Below are positions 15,604-24,603 of a stretch of DNA of 26,334 nt, one piece after another. The translations under genes were made by a program, and so were the position numbers. The notes beneath the pieces were generated by a model. That model saw only the letters and a list, made by a program, of their open reading frames with translations, searched no databases and was not told the origin of the DNA. Positions within the stretch are counted from its first letter, which is position 1. Every line of letters starts with the position of its first letter. Source of the stretch: Polyangiaceae bacterium (GTDB lineage Bacteria > Myxococcota_A > Polyangia > Polyangiales > Polyangiaceae); assembly GCA_033763455.1 (NCBI GenBank), contig JANRKO010000079.1, positions 1 through 26,334 on the forward strand. Direction: 5' to 3'.

Positions 15604-16617
15604 CTATTTTCTGTAACAGGTGAACGCTTCGTCCTGCCCGTTCGCACAATCCCGGATGCCGTCACAGACTGCCCCCTTCTGCACGCGCTTGCCATCTCCA
15701 CAATCAAAGACTGTGACTGCGTCACTCCCCAAAGGCGCTACGCAATGCGCTTCGTCCAAGCCATTCGCGCAGTCCTTCTTTCCGTCGCAAAGCTCTTTGG
15801 AAGCAGTATTGAGCCTTCGTAGCCCATCTTCACAATCTAGCCAGTTTCCGCGACATTGGTCTTCGTCGGAGTGGTCGGGACACTCATAAATGCCGTTGCA
15901 GAGATACTCGTCGTGGCGCACGTTTCCGCAGTAATAGGCACCGCTACATGCGTGAAGCGCCGCGTGCACCTCCGGTGTTATCGGGAGACTAGAGCACGCT
16001 TCAGGCTGCAGCTGCTGACAGGGGAAGGTAAGAGATATTTGACTGCCTCGGCACTCAACATGTTCGCAAGCAGCTCTGCTCTCCAAGATCTTGGCTTCAC
16101 AGATTACCGCCTCCGCAAGACCAGGCGTTGCCTCGATCAATTCCGAGACGCAACGGCGGCTATCCAAGCTCCCGCGGTCACTCCAACTGCCGAGTGCCGC
16201 GTCGGCGTCCCCAGATTCCCCTACAATGCAGCTGATGTTAGTTGTAGGGAAACACTGACAGATATTGACTCCCCGCTGATAGCCTGCAAGCGCCAATTCA
16301 TTCACCGCCCGCTGTGCTTCGGTGAGCGCCGGAGACTCAGGGAAAAGAAACGGCAGGGGATCTGCGCCCCCTGTGTTGCCGCCATTGCGCACTGCAAGTG
16401 TGCCTCCAGCGGCCGGAACCGCACCAACACTGCCGCCGCTTTCGCTGCGGCCGCCCGCCGCTGTGCTGCCCCCGGCGCCAGTGACTACCTGCGACGCACC
16501 ACCCGATGGAAGAACAGCGACCGGCGGCGAGCCATCCTTTTCAGCGCGCCCGCCACAAGCGAACACTTCGAAAACGGCGCCATACACTGCCCAACGTGTC
16601 CAACGGATAGTCTTCAC
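15604..16617 (-). CDS. Lipoprotein with three C-terminal LDL-receptor class A-like repeats
   Basis: Lipobox-like EVFAC; Gly linker; CNGIYECPDHSDEDQC, CDGKKDCANGLDEAHC and CDGIRDCANGQDEAFTC match the LDLa CDGxxDCxDxSDExxC pattern. Confidence 0.82.
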   Translation of the reverse strand: MKTIRWTRWAVYGAVFEVFACGGRAEKDGSPPVAVLPSGGASQVVTGAGGSTAAGGRSESGGSVGAVPAAGGTLAVRNGGNTGGADPLPFLFPESPALTEAQRAVNELALAGYQRGVNICQCFPTTNISCIVGESGDADAALGSWSDRGSLDSRRCVSELIEATPGLAEAVICEAKILESRAACEHVECRGSQISLTFPCQQLQPEACSSLPITPEVHAALHACSGAYYCGNVRHDEYLCNGIYECPDHSDEDQCRGNWLDCEDGLRRLNTASKELCDGKKDCANGLDEAHCVAPLGSDAVTVFDCGDGKRVQKGAVCDGIRDCANGQDEAFTCYRK

Positions 16618-16776
16618 AGCTACGCCCTTCCCTGTTCGAGCTCAAACTGCGGAGAGCCTATCATGCTGCTCCCCGCAATTTCCACCCAAGGGGTGCCTCC
16701 GCGGACGCCGACACCGCGACGTATCACCTTACGCTCTCGGCCTGAAGCGAGCAATGAACACCCACACCCGAATGTT

Positions 16777-17640
16777 CTAGCCCTTGCGCTGCCGAAACCC
16801 CTGCGGCGAGATGCCGTTAAACTGCTTATAAAGCCGACTAAAATAGAACTCATCGCAAAAGCCCAGCTGCGTCGCTATTTCTCGCAAGCCAAGCTCCGTA
16901 TTCTGCAATAGCTCGGAGGCGGTTTCGATCTTCAAGCGGTTGAAGAACTGGACCGGAGAAGCCCCCGTTTTGAGCTTAAACTGGCGGATTAGGTAGGATT
17001 TGTTGATGCCGATGCGCGCTGCTACTTCGCCGAGATCGAGCGGTTCGGCGAGGTTCGACTGCATCCAGGCGATGAGCTCGTCGATGTAGCCGGCGGTGGC
17101 TAGCGACGCGCGCCGCTTTTCGTTCGAGGCCAACTCATAGATGAGGGAGCAAAAAAGATGGGCTCCTGATTGCTTGAGAAGAGGATTCTCGGACTGAAGC
17201 TGAAGAACCATCTCGCGAAAGCGCGCTTCAAAAGGCGGGCCAAGGCGTACAGCACCACGCGGCTCGAACACTTGGCGCAGTGCGGGAAGCAGACGAGCAC
17301 CCGCTGCTCGAATGCGGAAGCGAAAGTAATACCATTGAACCATTCCGCCATCTTCACTCTGAGTAATGCCGTGGTGCGTGTGCGGCTCGGTGAAGGTTAG
17401 GCTATGATCCGGCAGGTGCACGCGACGCTGACCGCTCACCATGGTGCAGCGAGCACGTGGCAAATAGTGAAGTTCGTATTCGTCTTGATGCACGTGCGTT
17501 TCAAAGCCGAACGCATGCGCAAAGAAGCCCACGTAGGAGAGTTCAAATGGCAAACCACTCGCGATGCCTTGCGGTGTATCCGAGATTTTTGGCATGCGGC
17601 TCACTGCTTTTAGATTGCGCACCATGCTGAACCGCTCCAT
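16777..17640 (-). CDS. AraC/XylS family transcriptional regulator
   Basis: Cupin N-domain (HVHQDEYELHY...PHTHH); double HTH (YLIRQFKLKTGASP; EIATQLGFCDEFYFSRLYKQFNGISP..FR). The true start may be ATG 17625 or 17595. Confidence 0.93.
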   Translation of the reverse strand: MERFSMVRNLKAVSRMPKISDTPQGIASGLPFELSYVGFFAHAFGFETHVHQDEYELHYLPRARCTMVSGQRRVHLPDHSLTFTEPHTHHGITQSEDGGMVQWYYFRFRIRAAGARLLPALRQVFEPRGAVRLGPPFEARFREMVLQLQSENPLLKQSGAHLFCSLIYELASNEKRRASLATAGYIDELIAWMQSNLAEPLDLGEVAARIGINKSYLIRQFKLKTGASPVQFFNRLKIETASELLQNTELGLREIATQLGFCDEFYFSRLYKQFNGISPQGFRQRKG

Positions 17641-17812
17641 CCCGTGTTGTCATGCGCCGAGTCGTTGCGGCGCCCAAAGAGTTTGACATTTTACACATGC
17701 CGGTCAATTCGCTCTATGGCACTTAGCGATAATTTGCGCGAATATCGGCTTCGTTGGGCAAGTTAAGTGGGATTCCACACATGCCGATGCCGTGTCTCTT
17801 TCGGAGCAAGCT

Positions 17813-19171
17813 ATGAACCACGCTTTCCCGCCCAAGCCCACCGGTTGGTGGACTCACCACCCTACGCTCCTCAACGTTTCTGTGCACGGAGCGTATGATT
17901 CAAATGGAGACGGCCTCGGAGATTTTGAGGGCGTTCGCCAGAAGCTTGATTTCTTTCTGGAAGCCGGCATCGCTGGCTACAGGTTTCAGCATGTTGGCGT
18001 GTATGGGAACGATCCGGAGTGGAGCGGCTTGGTTCAGCAGGATTGGTTCCAGGTGGATCCACACTACGGCAGCATGGTGGATTTCGAGCGGCTCATGGCA
18101 GCCTGCGCTGAACGGGATGTGAAGGTCATCATGATGGCTGTGCCCGAATATGTGGGCTGGCAGCACCCGCTCTACTTGAAGGCCAAGGAAGCCAAGCAAA
18201 GAGGAGGGGTTGAGGCCGCGTGGTTCGAGTGGAACGACGATGGCACGGCGGTGACCTGCTGGGATAGGCCTGCACCAGATTGTTCGAATCGGGAGTATTT
18301 TGATGCATTTCTCGGCCACTTAGGCTTCTGGATGGAAAAGGGCATCGCCGGGTTCGACGCCGATGCCGTGCCCACCTGGCACAATATCACGCCCGAGGTT
18401 CTCAGGCGCTTCACGAGCTATGTGAAAGAGCGCGGCGGCTTCGTTACAGCTGAGAACTTCGTGCTGGAGAAGGAGGTACTGCGCAACGGCGGGTTCAATG
18501 CGGGCACCGGAAGGCTGCGCCACGAGTTCTACAATGAGCTAGAAGCGATTACTCAGCATAAAGCGGAATTCATCCGTGACGCCTTGAAGGTCCGCGCTGA
18601 ATTGATCAAAAATGGCATGTTCCCCTATCAGCAGTTTGGGGACGTTACGCACGCCAAGATTTTCAACAGCTGGGCCTGCCATCGCTTGGAGATGTTCAAG
18701 CTACAGGTAGCGTTCAATGCCGTCTTGCCAGACCAAGTGTGGCTTTTGGCAGCAGGGCTTACGTTCACCGAACGGGTGATTCGCCGCCCTGAAATTGTGG
18801 ACCTCGGTATTGATTGGCCCGCTTTGGAGCAACAAGCTCACGATCCTGATTCGGCCTTCTCCCACGTAAAACGTCTTTTTGCGCTGCGCGCAAGGCGCCC
18901 CGAGCTCGGCATTGGCCACATCGAAGAGGTAGCTACCAACTGCCCCGAAGAAGTGTTTGCGGCCATCCGCTATTCGGAAGATCTCAGTGAGCGCGCTTTG
19001 GTGGTGTTTAACTTTTCGGACGAGAAGCGCTCCGCAAAGCTCCAAGTGCCTGACCTCTCAGGACGCACGCTCAAGAACTATCTCAGCCAAGAAGTGCTCA
19101 GCTTGACTGGAGCCGAGCTGACCCTCGACCTCCAATTGTTTGGTTACAAACTCCTCCAGGTGATCTCATGA
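17813..19171 (+). CDS. Atypical alpha-amylase family (GH13-like) glycosidase, probably cytoplasmic
   Basis: DSNGDGLGDFEG loop, VDPHYGSMVDFERL, FWMEKGIAGFDADAV, TAEN, QQAHDPDS, C-terminal LVVFNFS beta domain; no signal peptide. Start is ATG 17813 or GTG 17792. Confidence 0.8.
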   Translation: MNHAFPPKPTGWWTHHPTLLNVSVHGAYDSNGDGLGDFEGVRQKLDFFLEAGIAGYRFQHVGVYGNDPEWSGLVQQDWFQVDPHYGSMVDFERLMAACAERDVKVIMMAVPEYVGWQHPLYLKAKEAKQRGGVEAAWFEWNDDGTAVTCWDRPAPDCSNREYFDAFLGHLGFWMEKGIAGFDADAVPTWHNITPEVLRRFTSYVKERGGFVTAENFVLEKEVLRNGGFNAGTGRLRHEFYNELEAITQHKAEFIRDALKVRAELIKNGMFPYQQFGDVTHAKIFNSWACHRLEMFKLQVAFNAVLPDQVWLLAAGLTFTERVIRRPEIVDLGIDWPALEQQAHDPDSAFSHVKRLFALRARRPELGIGHIEEVATNCPEEVFAAIRYSEDLSERALVVFNFSDEKRSAKLQVPDLSGRTLKNYLSQEVLSLTGAELTLDLQLFGYKLLQVIS

Positions 19172-21231
19172 AGTTCAAGTTTGGCGACTACGCACTCCTT
19201 CCCGGCATTTCAGCTATCTACCCGCTCAGCATCATCGACGTTGAGGCGAAAGACGGCGTGCTCACCGTCACGGGTTACGACAAAGTGATTACCAAGCGCT
19301 CCGAGATGCTGGACGGCACTATCATCACGGCGCGCTTCTCGTCCCCCGCGCCAGATGTGTTACGTGTAGAGCTCACGCACTTCAAAGGCAAACGCCCAAA
19401 GCTCCCCAGCTTCCAGCTAACAGCTTCGGCGTCTTCCCCCACTGCTAGCGTGGGCAAAGAAGGCACTTTAGCCTGGCTCAAGACGGGGAACCTCGCCGTA
19501 GAAGTGAACACCGAGGGCCCCTTTCGGATTCAAATCCTCCGCAGCGGCGAGCCGCTTACCAGCAGTGAAACACGCGCTATAGGGCTTTTCACCGATAAAG
19601 ATGGGAACACATTCCTCCGGGACCAGCTCTCTTTGGATGTGGGCGAAACCGTGTACGGCTTGGGCGAACACTTTGGGCCATTTGTTAAGAACGGCCAATC
19701 CTGTGAAATCTGGAACGAAGATGGCGGCACCAACACCGAGTGGGCGTACAAGAACGTGCCCTTCTATGTCACGAGCCGCGGCTACGGCGTGCTGGTGAAC
19801 AACCCTGGCCGCGTTTCCTATGAAGTGGCATCTCACCAGATCAACCGAGTGCAATTCAGCGTGCCGGGGCACAGCTTGGATTACTTTGTCTTCGGCGGGC
19901 CCACGATAAAGAGCGCACTGGAGCAGTATACGGCGTTAACTGGGCGGCCTCCCATCTTGCCAGAATGGTCCTACGGGCTTTGGCTTTCAACCTCTTTCCT
20001 CACGAATTACAACGAAGCCGCGATCTTGGAAAACCTGGAGCGCATGGAGAAATGTGGCATCAAGGTCGGCGTTTTTCACTTTGATTGCTTTTGGATGAAA
20101 GGACTCACTTGGAGCAGCTTTGTGTGGGATCCCGCCTATTTTCCGGATCCCCAAGGCCTCCTACAGAAGATCCAAAACAAAGGTGTCAAGGTGTGCCTTT
20201 GGATCAATCCTTACATCGCCGAGGCTTCTGCTCTCTTCGATGAGGGCGCTCGTGGCGGATACCTGTTGAAGACTCCGAGTGGTGACGTTTACCAGGAAGA
20301 TCGCTGGCAGCCGGGCCTCGCTTTCGTAGATTTTACCAATCCCGCCGCGCGCGAGTGGTTTGCCGGAAAATTGCGTACGCTCATCCGCATGGGTGTGGAC
20401 ACCTTCAAAACGGATTTTGGTGAACGCATCCCTACGGACGTTCAATATTTCGACGGTTCCGATCCGGAGCGCATGCACAATTATTACACCTACCTCTACA
20501 ACGAGACAGTCTTCAATCTGCTGCGCGAAGAGAAGGGTGAGGGGCAGGCCATTGTGTTCGCGCGTTCGGCCACGGCGGGCAACCAGAAATTCCCCGTGCA
20601 TTGGAGCGGGGATAATTCTTCCTCCTACGTTTCCATGGCAGAAACCCTGCGCGGCGGCCTTTCTTTCGGCCTCACAGGGTTCGGCTTCTGGAGCCACGAC
20701 ATCAGTGGATTCTACGGAACGGCCACGCCCGATCTCTACAAACGTTGGGTGGCCTTCGGCATGCTCTCCTCCCACAGCCGCTTGCACGGCAGCGACAGCG
20801 TACGCATGCCCTGGATGTTCGGCGAAGCCTCTGTTGAGGTACTGAAGTTCTTCACGGAGCTCAAGCAACACCTGATGCCGTACCTGCTCGACGTTGCCAA
20901 AGAAGCCCATGATCACGGCTGGCCAATGATGCGCGCGATGGTGCTGGAATTCCCGAATGATCCGGCGTGCCAATACCTCGATCGCCAATACATGCTCGGG
21001 GCCGCACTCTTAGTGGCGCCAGTATTTCAGGCCAACGGCGAAGTGAGCTACTACGTGCCTGCCGGAAAGTGGAGGCACCTCTTGCGCGGCGAAGAGATCC
21101 AAGGCCCCGCCTGGCGTACCGATACCTGTAGCTTCTTTGAGCTGCCACTCTTGGTGCGAGCCGATCAAGCGGCGGGCTGGGCGTGCTTGAAGGGAGCTCC
21201 CAACACGCTCACGGGCAATTCAAAATCTTAA
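19168..21231 (+). CDS. yicI: Alpha-xylosidase (GH31)
   Basis: YGLGEHFGPFVKNGQ, WNEDGGT, GLWLSTSF, HFDCFWMK, nucleophile motif FKTDFGERIP, PVHWSGD, FWSHDI.GF, SHSRLHG; ATGA overlap with the GH13 gene. Confidence 0.93.
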   Translation: MKFKFGDYALLPGISAIYPLSIIDVEAKDGVLTVTGYDKVITKRSEMLDGTIITARFSSPAPDVLRVELTHFKGKRPKLPSFQLTASASSPTASVGKEGTLAWLKTGNLAVEVNTEGPFRIQILRSGEPLTSSETRAIGLFTDKDGNTFLRDQLSLDVGETVYGLGEHFGPFVKNGQSCEIWNEDGGTNTEWAYKNVPFYVTSRGYGVLVNNPGRVSYEVASHQINRVQFSVPGHSLDYFVFGGPTIKSALEQYTALTGRPPILPEWSYGLWLSTSFLTNYNEAAILENLERMEKCGIKVGVFHFDCFWMKGLTWSSFVWDPAYFPDPQGLLQKIQNKGVKVCLWINPYIAEASALFDEGARGGYLLKTPSGDVYQEDRWQPGLAFVDFTNPAAREWFAGKLRTLIRMGVDTFKTDFGERIPTDVQYFDGSDPERMHNYYTYLYNETVFNLLREEKGEGQAIVFARSATAGNQKFPVHWSGDNSSSYVSMAETLRGGLSFGLTGFGFWSHDISGFYGTATPDLYKRWVAFGMLSSHSRLHGSDSVRMPWMFGEASVEVLKFFTELKQHLMPYLLDVAKEAHDHGWPMMRAMVLEFPNDPACQYLDRQYMLGAALLVAPVFQANGEVSYYVPAGKWRHLLRGEEIQGPAWRTDTCSFFELPLLVRADQAAGWACLKGAPNTLTGNSKS

Positions 21232-21340
21232 GCGCTCGATTGATGACTCGGCACTGTTGCAAGGGTTGAATTGCATCGAAGCTCGTCGCCGTGTGGAGTT
21301 CGAATTCTACGGAGGCGGGTGCCGTGCAGAGGTCGAAAGG

Positions 21341-21362
21341 GATGCTTCGTATGCAAAGTATC
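21341..21362. repeat. Dispersed 22-bp mini-hairpin repeat (other copies at 549-570 and 628-648)
   Basis: gatgcttcgtatgcaaagtatc versus gatccttcgtatgctaagtatc (20/22) and gatgct-cgtctgctaagtatc. Confidence 0.6.
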
Positions 21363-21460
21363 TGCACTCCGGTGGGCGATGCGTTTGGCGGCGCTTGCGT
21401 GGGGATTCTGCGGATCTGCTTCCGTTGCCTGATCGCAGGGCCAGGCACCCGAATGCCCCA

Positions 21461-22852
21461 TTAAGTGAGACCAGGCAGCGGCCCTGAACCTGTATCCGTG
21501 GTGCCGTACGTCGTTAGGTCGAGCCCGAATTGATTCGCCACCGAAACCAGTAGCCGCGCGTGGCGCGTGTTATCGGTGAACTTCAAAAAGCGTCCGGCCT
21601 TGAGCCGAGAGGTGCCTCCCGCCAGAATGAAGGGTAGGCCCTGCTCCGAGTGTGTGCTGCCCACGGCAACCTCGGTGCCCCAAAGCACCAGCGTGTTATC
21701 CAACAGTGTGCCATTGCCCTCGGGGATGGCAGCCAAACGATCGAGGAAATACGCAAGCTGCGACGCGTACCACTTTTGGATCTTCGCCAAAGCCATCACG
21801 CCCTCGGGGCCATCGCCCTCGTCTAGGTGGCTGATTTCATGGTGGCCTCGCGTTTCCCCAGGTAAGACCCAGGTAAACCGCGTGCTGCTGTTCTCGTTCA
21901 CGTCCATCTGCAGGCTTGCGACATTAGTGGAGCCACAAGCCAGAGCTTGAGCCAGCACATCCATCTGCATCTTGGTGACAGCGGGCATGTTATCGTTGGC
22001 TGTGGGATCCGTAACGCCAGCCGGGGCCACGGGAGCGCAGCTGAGCCCGAAACCATTTAGCCTGCCTTCGATAGCGCGCAAGGCGTCCAGATGAGCCTGC
22101 ACTTTTGCGCGATCTTCCACGGCAACCGTGCCCTGAAGCCGCGTAAGATCTTTGGCTACGTTATCGAGGACGCTCTTACGTTCGGCGGCGAGTTTATCCA
22201 TCGAGGCCGGATCAGTTGGCATGAAACCAGCGAAGATCCGATCAAAGAGAGCTTTCGGATTGTTCTCTGGGGAAAGCGGCTGGCCCGGCGCCTTGTAGAT
22301 CATTCTATTCATCGGCCGGCTACCACCGCCCGTGCGAACCCCCGCCTCAATGGACTGAAATGGCGTTGTAAGCCCGACCTTGGCAGCTATCGTTTGATCG
22401 ATCGACGTACCCAAACCCCAACCAAAATATCGCGGCATACCGCCCTGGTCGCGGGAGAAGAGCTTGCTATTTTCGTCGAGCGGCGAGCCGGACCACAAGT
22501 GTGAGGTGTTGCGCGTATGGGGCCCCTCTTCCGGAGCACCGTAGCTGCCGCCCGTCATGTCCAGCCCGTCGATTATAGTTAGCTTGCTCTTGTGAGCCTC
22601 CAGTGGCGAGAGCGTATCGCTCAGCGTGAGGGACCCTTGATCCCCCTGGGGCAGCCATGAATACGCTTCAAACGGGGCGGCGCCGCGAATAATGCCGTGA
22701 GGCTGATACATCAGCACCAGGCGCAGCGGCGGCCCACTTGAGCTTTGGGCTTTCGCCAGAAGCGGCAACAAAGGGGCAATAGCAAGGCCGCTTGCAGCGG
22801 TCCCTAAAAGTGCCCTGCGGCTGAGCATGCTTTTTTCGACGGAGCGTTTCAC
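21461..22852 (-). CDS. DUF1552 (HXXSHH) domain protein with a Tat-like signal
   Basis: SRRALLG twin-arginine motif; PLRLVLMYQPHG; TSIDQTIA; NPKALFDRIF; RKSVLD; HHEISH; EGNGTLLDNTLVLWGTE; LPFILAGG. Confidence 0.92.
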   Translation of the reverse strand: MKRSVEKSMLSRRALLGTAASGLAIAPLLPLLAKAQSSSGPPLRLVLMYQPHGIIRGAAPFEAYSWLPQGDQGSLTLSDTLSPLEAHKSKLTIIDGLDMTGGSYGAPEEGPHTRNTSHLWSGSPLDENSKLFSRDQGGMPRYFGWGLGTSIDQTIAAKVGLTTPFQSIEAGVRTGGGSRPMNRMIYKAPGQPLSPENNPKALFDRIFAGFMPTDPASMDKLAAERKSVLDNVAKDLTRLQGTVAVEDRAKVQAHLDALRAIEGRLNGFGLSCAPVAPAGVTDPTANDNMPAVTKMQMDVLAQALACGSTNVASLQMDVNENSSTRFTWVLPGETRGHHEISHLDEGDGPEGVMALAKIQKWYASQLAYFLDRLAAIPEGNGTLLDNTLVLWGTEVAVGSTHSEQGLPFILAGGTSRLKAGRFLKFTDNTRHARLLVSVANQFGLDLTTYGTTDTGSGPLPGLT

Positions 22853-24603
22853 TTCACACCTCCTACGCCACGCAGGCGAAAGGGATCTGACTGGACAATC
22901 GCGAGCAACAGCTCGTGGACGTTATAGTCGCTTTTGGCGAAAGCATCGCGTACTGCCGTGACGCCGCAGCCGTCTTCCTGAGCTTGAAGATTTCGTCCGA
23001 GTGCGTACGTGAACCACTGGCCCATTACGCATTCGCGAACCTGTGCCGAGGTAGCCAGCTTGGCGCTGAGCTCAACCGCGCCGTCGAACGTACCATCGAG
23101 ATCCAGGCTTGCAACAATTTCGCCCTTAGCGTCCACGGGCAACCCACCATCCATGGTGACGTAACGGCCGAGGGCGTCGTAGTGGGCGAACCCGTAGCCA
23201 ATTGGGTCCATGAGCTGATGGCAATTCGCACACGTGGCATCCGTGCGGTGACGGTCGAAGCGTTGGCGGGTTGTTTCCCCGGGCTTCGGGGGGGGCGGCT
23301 GCGCCATCACGGTGGGAGGTGGCGGTGGCGGGGTTTGGCACATGATGGTGGCGCGAATGAAGGCGCCGCTCAACACGGGTGAGATATCGGCAAAATGGGA
23401 GTGGGCACCAAGCACGGCTGCCTGGGTCAACAGCCCCGCACGCTCACCTTGGGGCAATGCCGTTAACTGACCAGCGGCCGGCGCCGTTGCTGGCACCGGC
23501 AGGCCATAAAGTGGGAACAACGGCGGCGTCAACGGAGACTGTGCTAACGTAAAGAGAGTCGCCAGCTTGCCGTCCCCGTTGCGTATCACGCTATCTGCAA
23601 AGCTGGTGGTCTCAGTGAGCAACGCTTTTGCCAAATCGGGCGTGTATTCGGGGAAGACCTTCGTGTCTTTGCCGGCCGTAAGCAGCCGATCGAGGCCGAG
23701 CCACTGGCGGTGAAAGCTTGCCAGTGTGGCCGTGGCCTTATCGCTCGCTAACATGCGCGTGGCTTGCGCTAGGACTTCAGCGGGCGTCGTGAGCTTGCCC
23801 GCCTGGGCCTCTGCCATCAAAGCATCGTCAGGTGTGCTGTTCCATAAGAAGTAAGACAGGCGCGAGGCTGCTTCATACGGAGAAACAGCCACCGGCGTGG
23901 TTCCCGTGGGAACCGCTTCCACCAGATACAAGAAGTACGGCGACTGCAGGAAGCTGCGCACCACCTGCCGAATACCGTCGTTGAACGCACCGCCCGCGGT
24001 GCGCGACTCGGTGTACAAGCCTAGGTACTGCGTGTGTTCGTCAGGTGTCAGCGGGCGACGGAACGCTTTGGCACCAAACGTATCGATCATGGTGCCGGCG
24101 CAGGTAGCTTCACCGACCGCCACCGGATCGCACGGCAACAAAGAAGCCACATTCGCGAGCGCAGCTTCGGCGGCCGCTTCTGCTGCCTTCATGTATTTTT
24201 CGACGTGCAGCTCACCCACGGGGGAAAGCAGATTACTGTCGAAGACGCCTACCTTTTCATCCTCAGCAAGGAGCGCCGCTGAATCGAGGTTGAGCTTCAA
24301 AAGATCGTTCACGCTATTGGCGTATTGCAAACGCGTGAGGCGCCGCATGGGAGAAGCACCCGCTAGATGGGAAGCAGGGTCTGCACATGTAAACGACGTG
24401 GGAGGAACCACCGGCGGGGGCGTGGTGACGACGGGCGTGGTCGGCGTGGTTGGCGTAGCAGGCGGAGTGCCTGTGCCGGAGGGGGATGGAACCCCAACAC
24501 TGCTGCCTGGAGGGCCGCCATCCGAGCTCGGCGAACCGCAAGCGAGCCCTGAAAGTGCAAGCACAGACAGAGCGAAGTGAGAGGGCACGCGAGAAAATTT
24601 CAT
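22849..24603 (-). CDS. DUF1592/1587/1595/1588/1585 domain lipoprotein with a CxxCH motif
   Basis: Lipobox LSGLAC; RRLTRLQYANSVNDLL; AFRRPLT; LQSPYFLY; ASRLSYFLWNSTPDD; RAGLLTQ; TTRQRFDRH..CANCH.LMDPIGYGF..YDALGR; GGAG RBS; overlaps the DUF1552 gene. Confidence 0.92.
   Translation of the reverse strand: MKFSRVPSHFALSVLALSGLACGSPSSDGGPPGSSVGVPSPSGTGTPPATPTTPTTPVVTTPPPVVPPTSFTCADPASHLAGASPMRRLTRLQYANSVNDLLKLNLDSAALLAEDEKVGVFDSNLLSPVGELHVEKYMKAAEAAAEAALANVASLLPCDPVAVGEATCAGTMIDTFGAKAFRRPLTPDEHTQYLGLYTESRTAGGAFNDGIRQVVRSFLQSPYFLYLVEAVPTGTTPVAVSPYEAASRLSYFLWNSTPDDALMAEAQAGKLTTPAEVLAQATRMLASDKATATLASFHRQWLGLDRLLTAGKDTKVFPEYTPDLAKALLTETTSFADSVIRNGDGKLATLFTLAQSPLTPPLFPLYGLPVPATAPAAGQLTALPQGERAGLLTQAAVLGAHSHFADISPVLSGAFIRATIMCQTPPPPPPTVMAQPPPPKPGETTRQRFDRHRTDATCANCHQLMDPIGYGFAHYDALGRYVTMDGGLPVDAKGEIVASLDLDGTFDGAVELSAKLATSAQVRECVMGQWFTYALGRNLQAQEDGCGVTAVRDAFAKSDYNVHELLLAIVQSDPFRLRGVGGVK

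Noticed and set aside
15284..15616. 110-aa ORF after the PIN toxin
   Set aside because: It overlaps both neighbours, crosses an AT-rich patch and has no recognisable family.
15856..16911. Long antisense or alternate-frame ORFs (15856..16911, 10005..10688, 10181..10885, 20161..20988, 23897..24580)
   Set aside because: Shadows of well-supported genes, expected in GC-rich DNA; no motifs.
17717..17737. Sigma-54 promoter (tggcac...ttgc)
   Set aside because: The spacer between TGGCAC and TTGC is 11 nt rather than the required 5.
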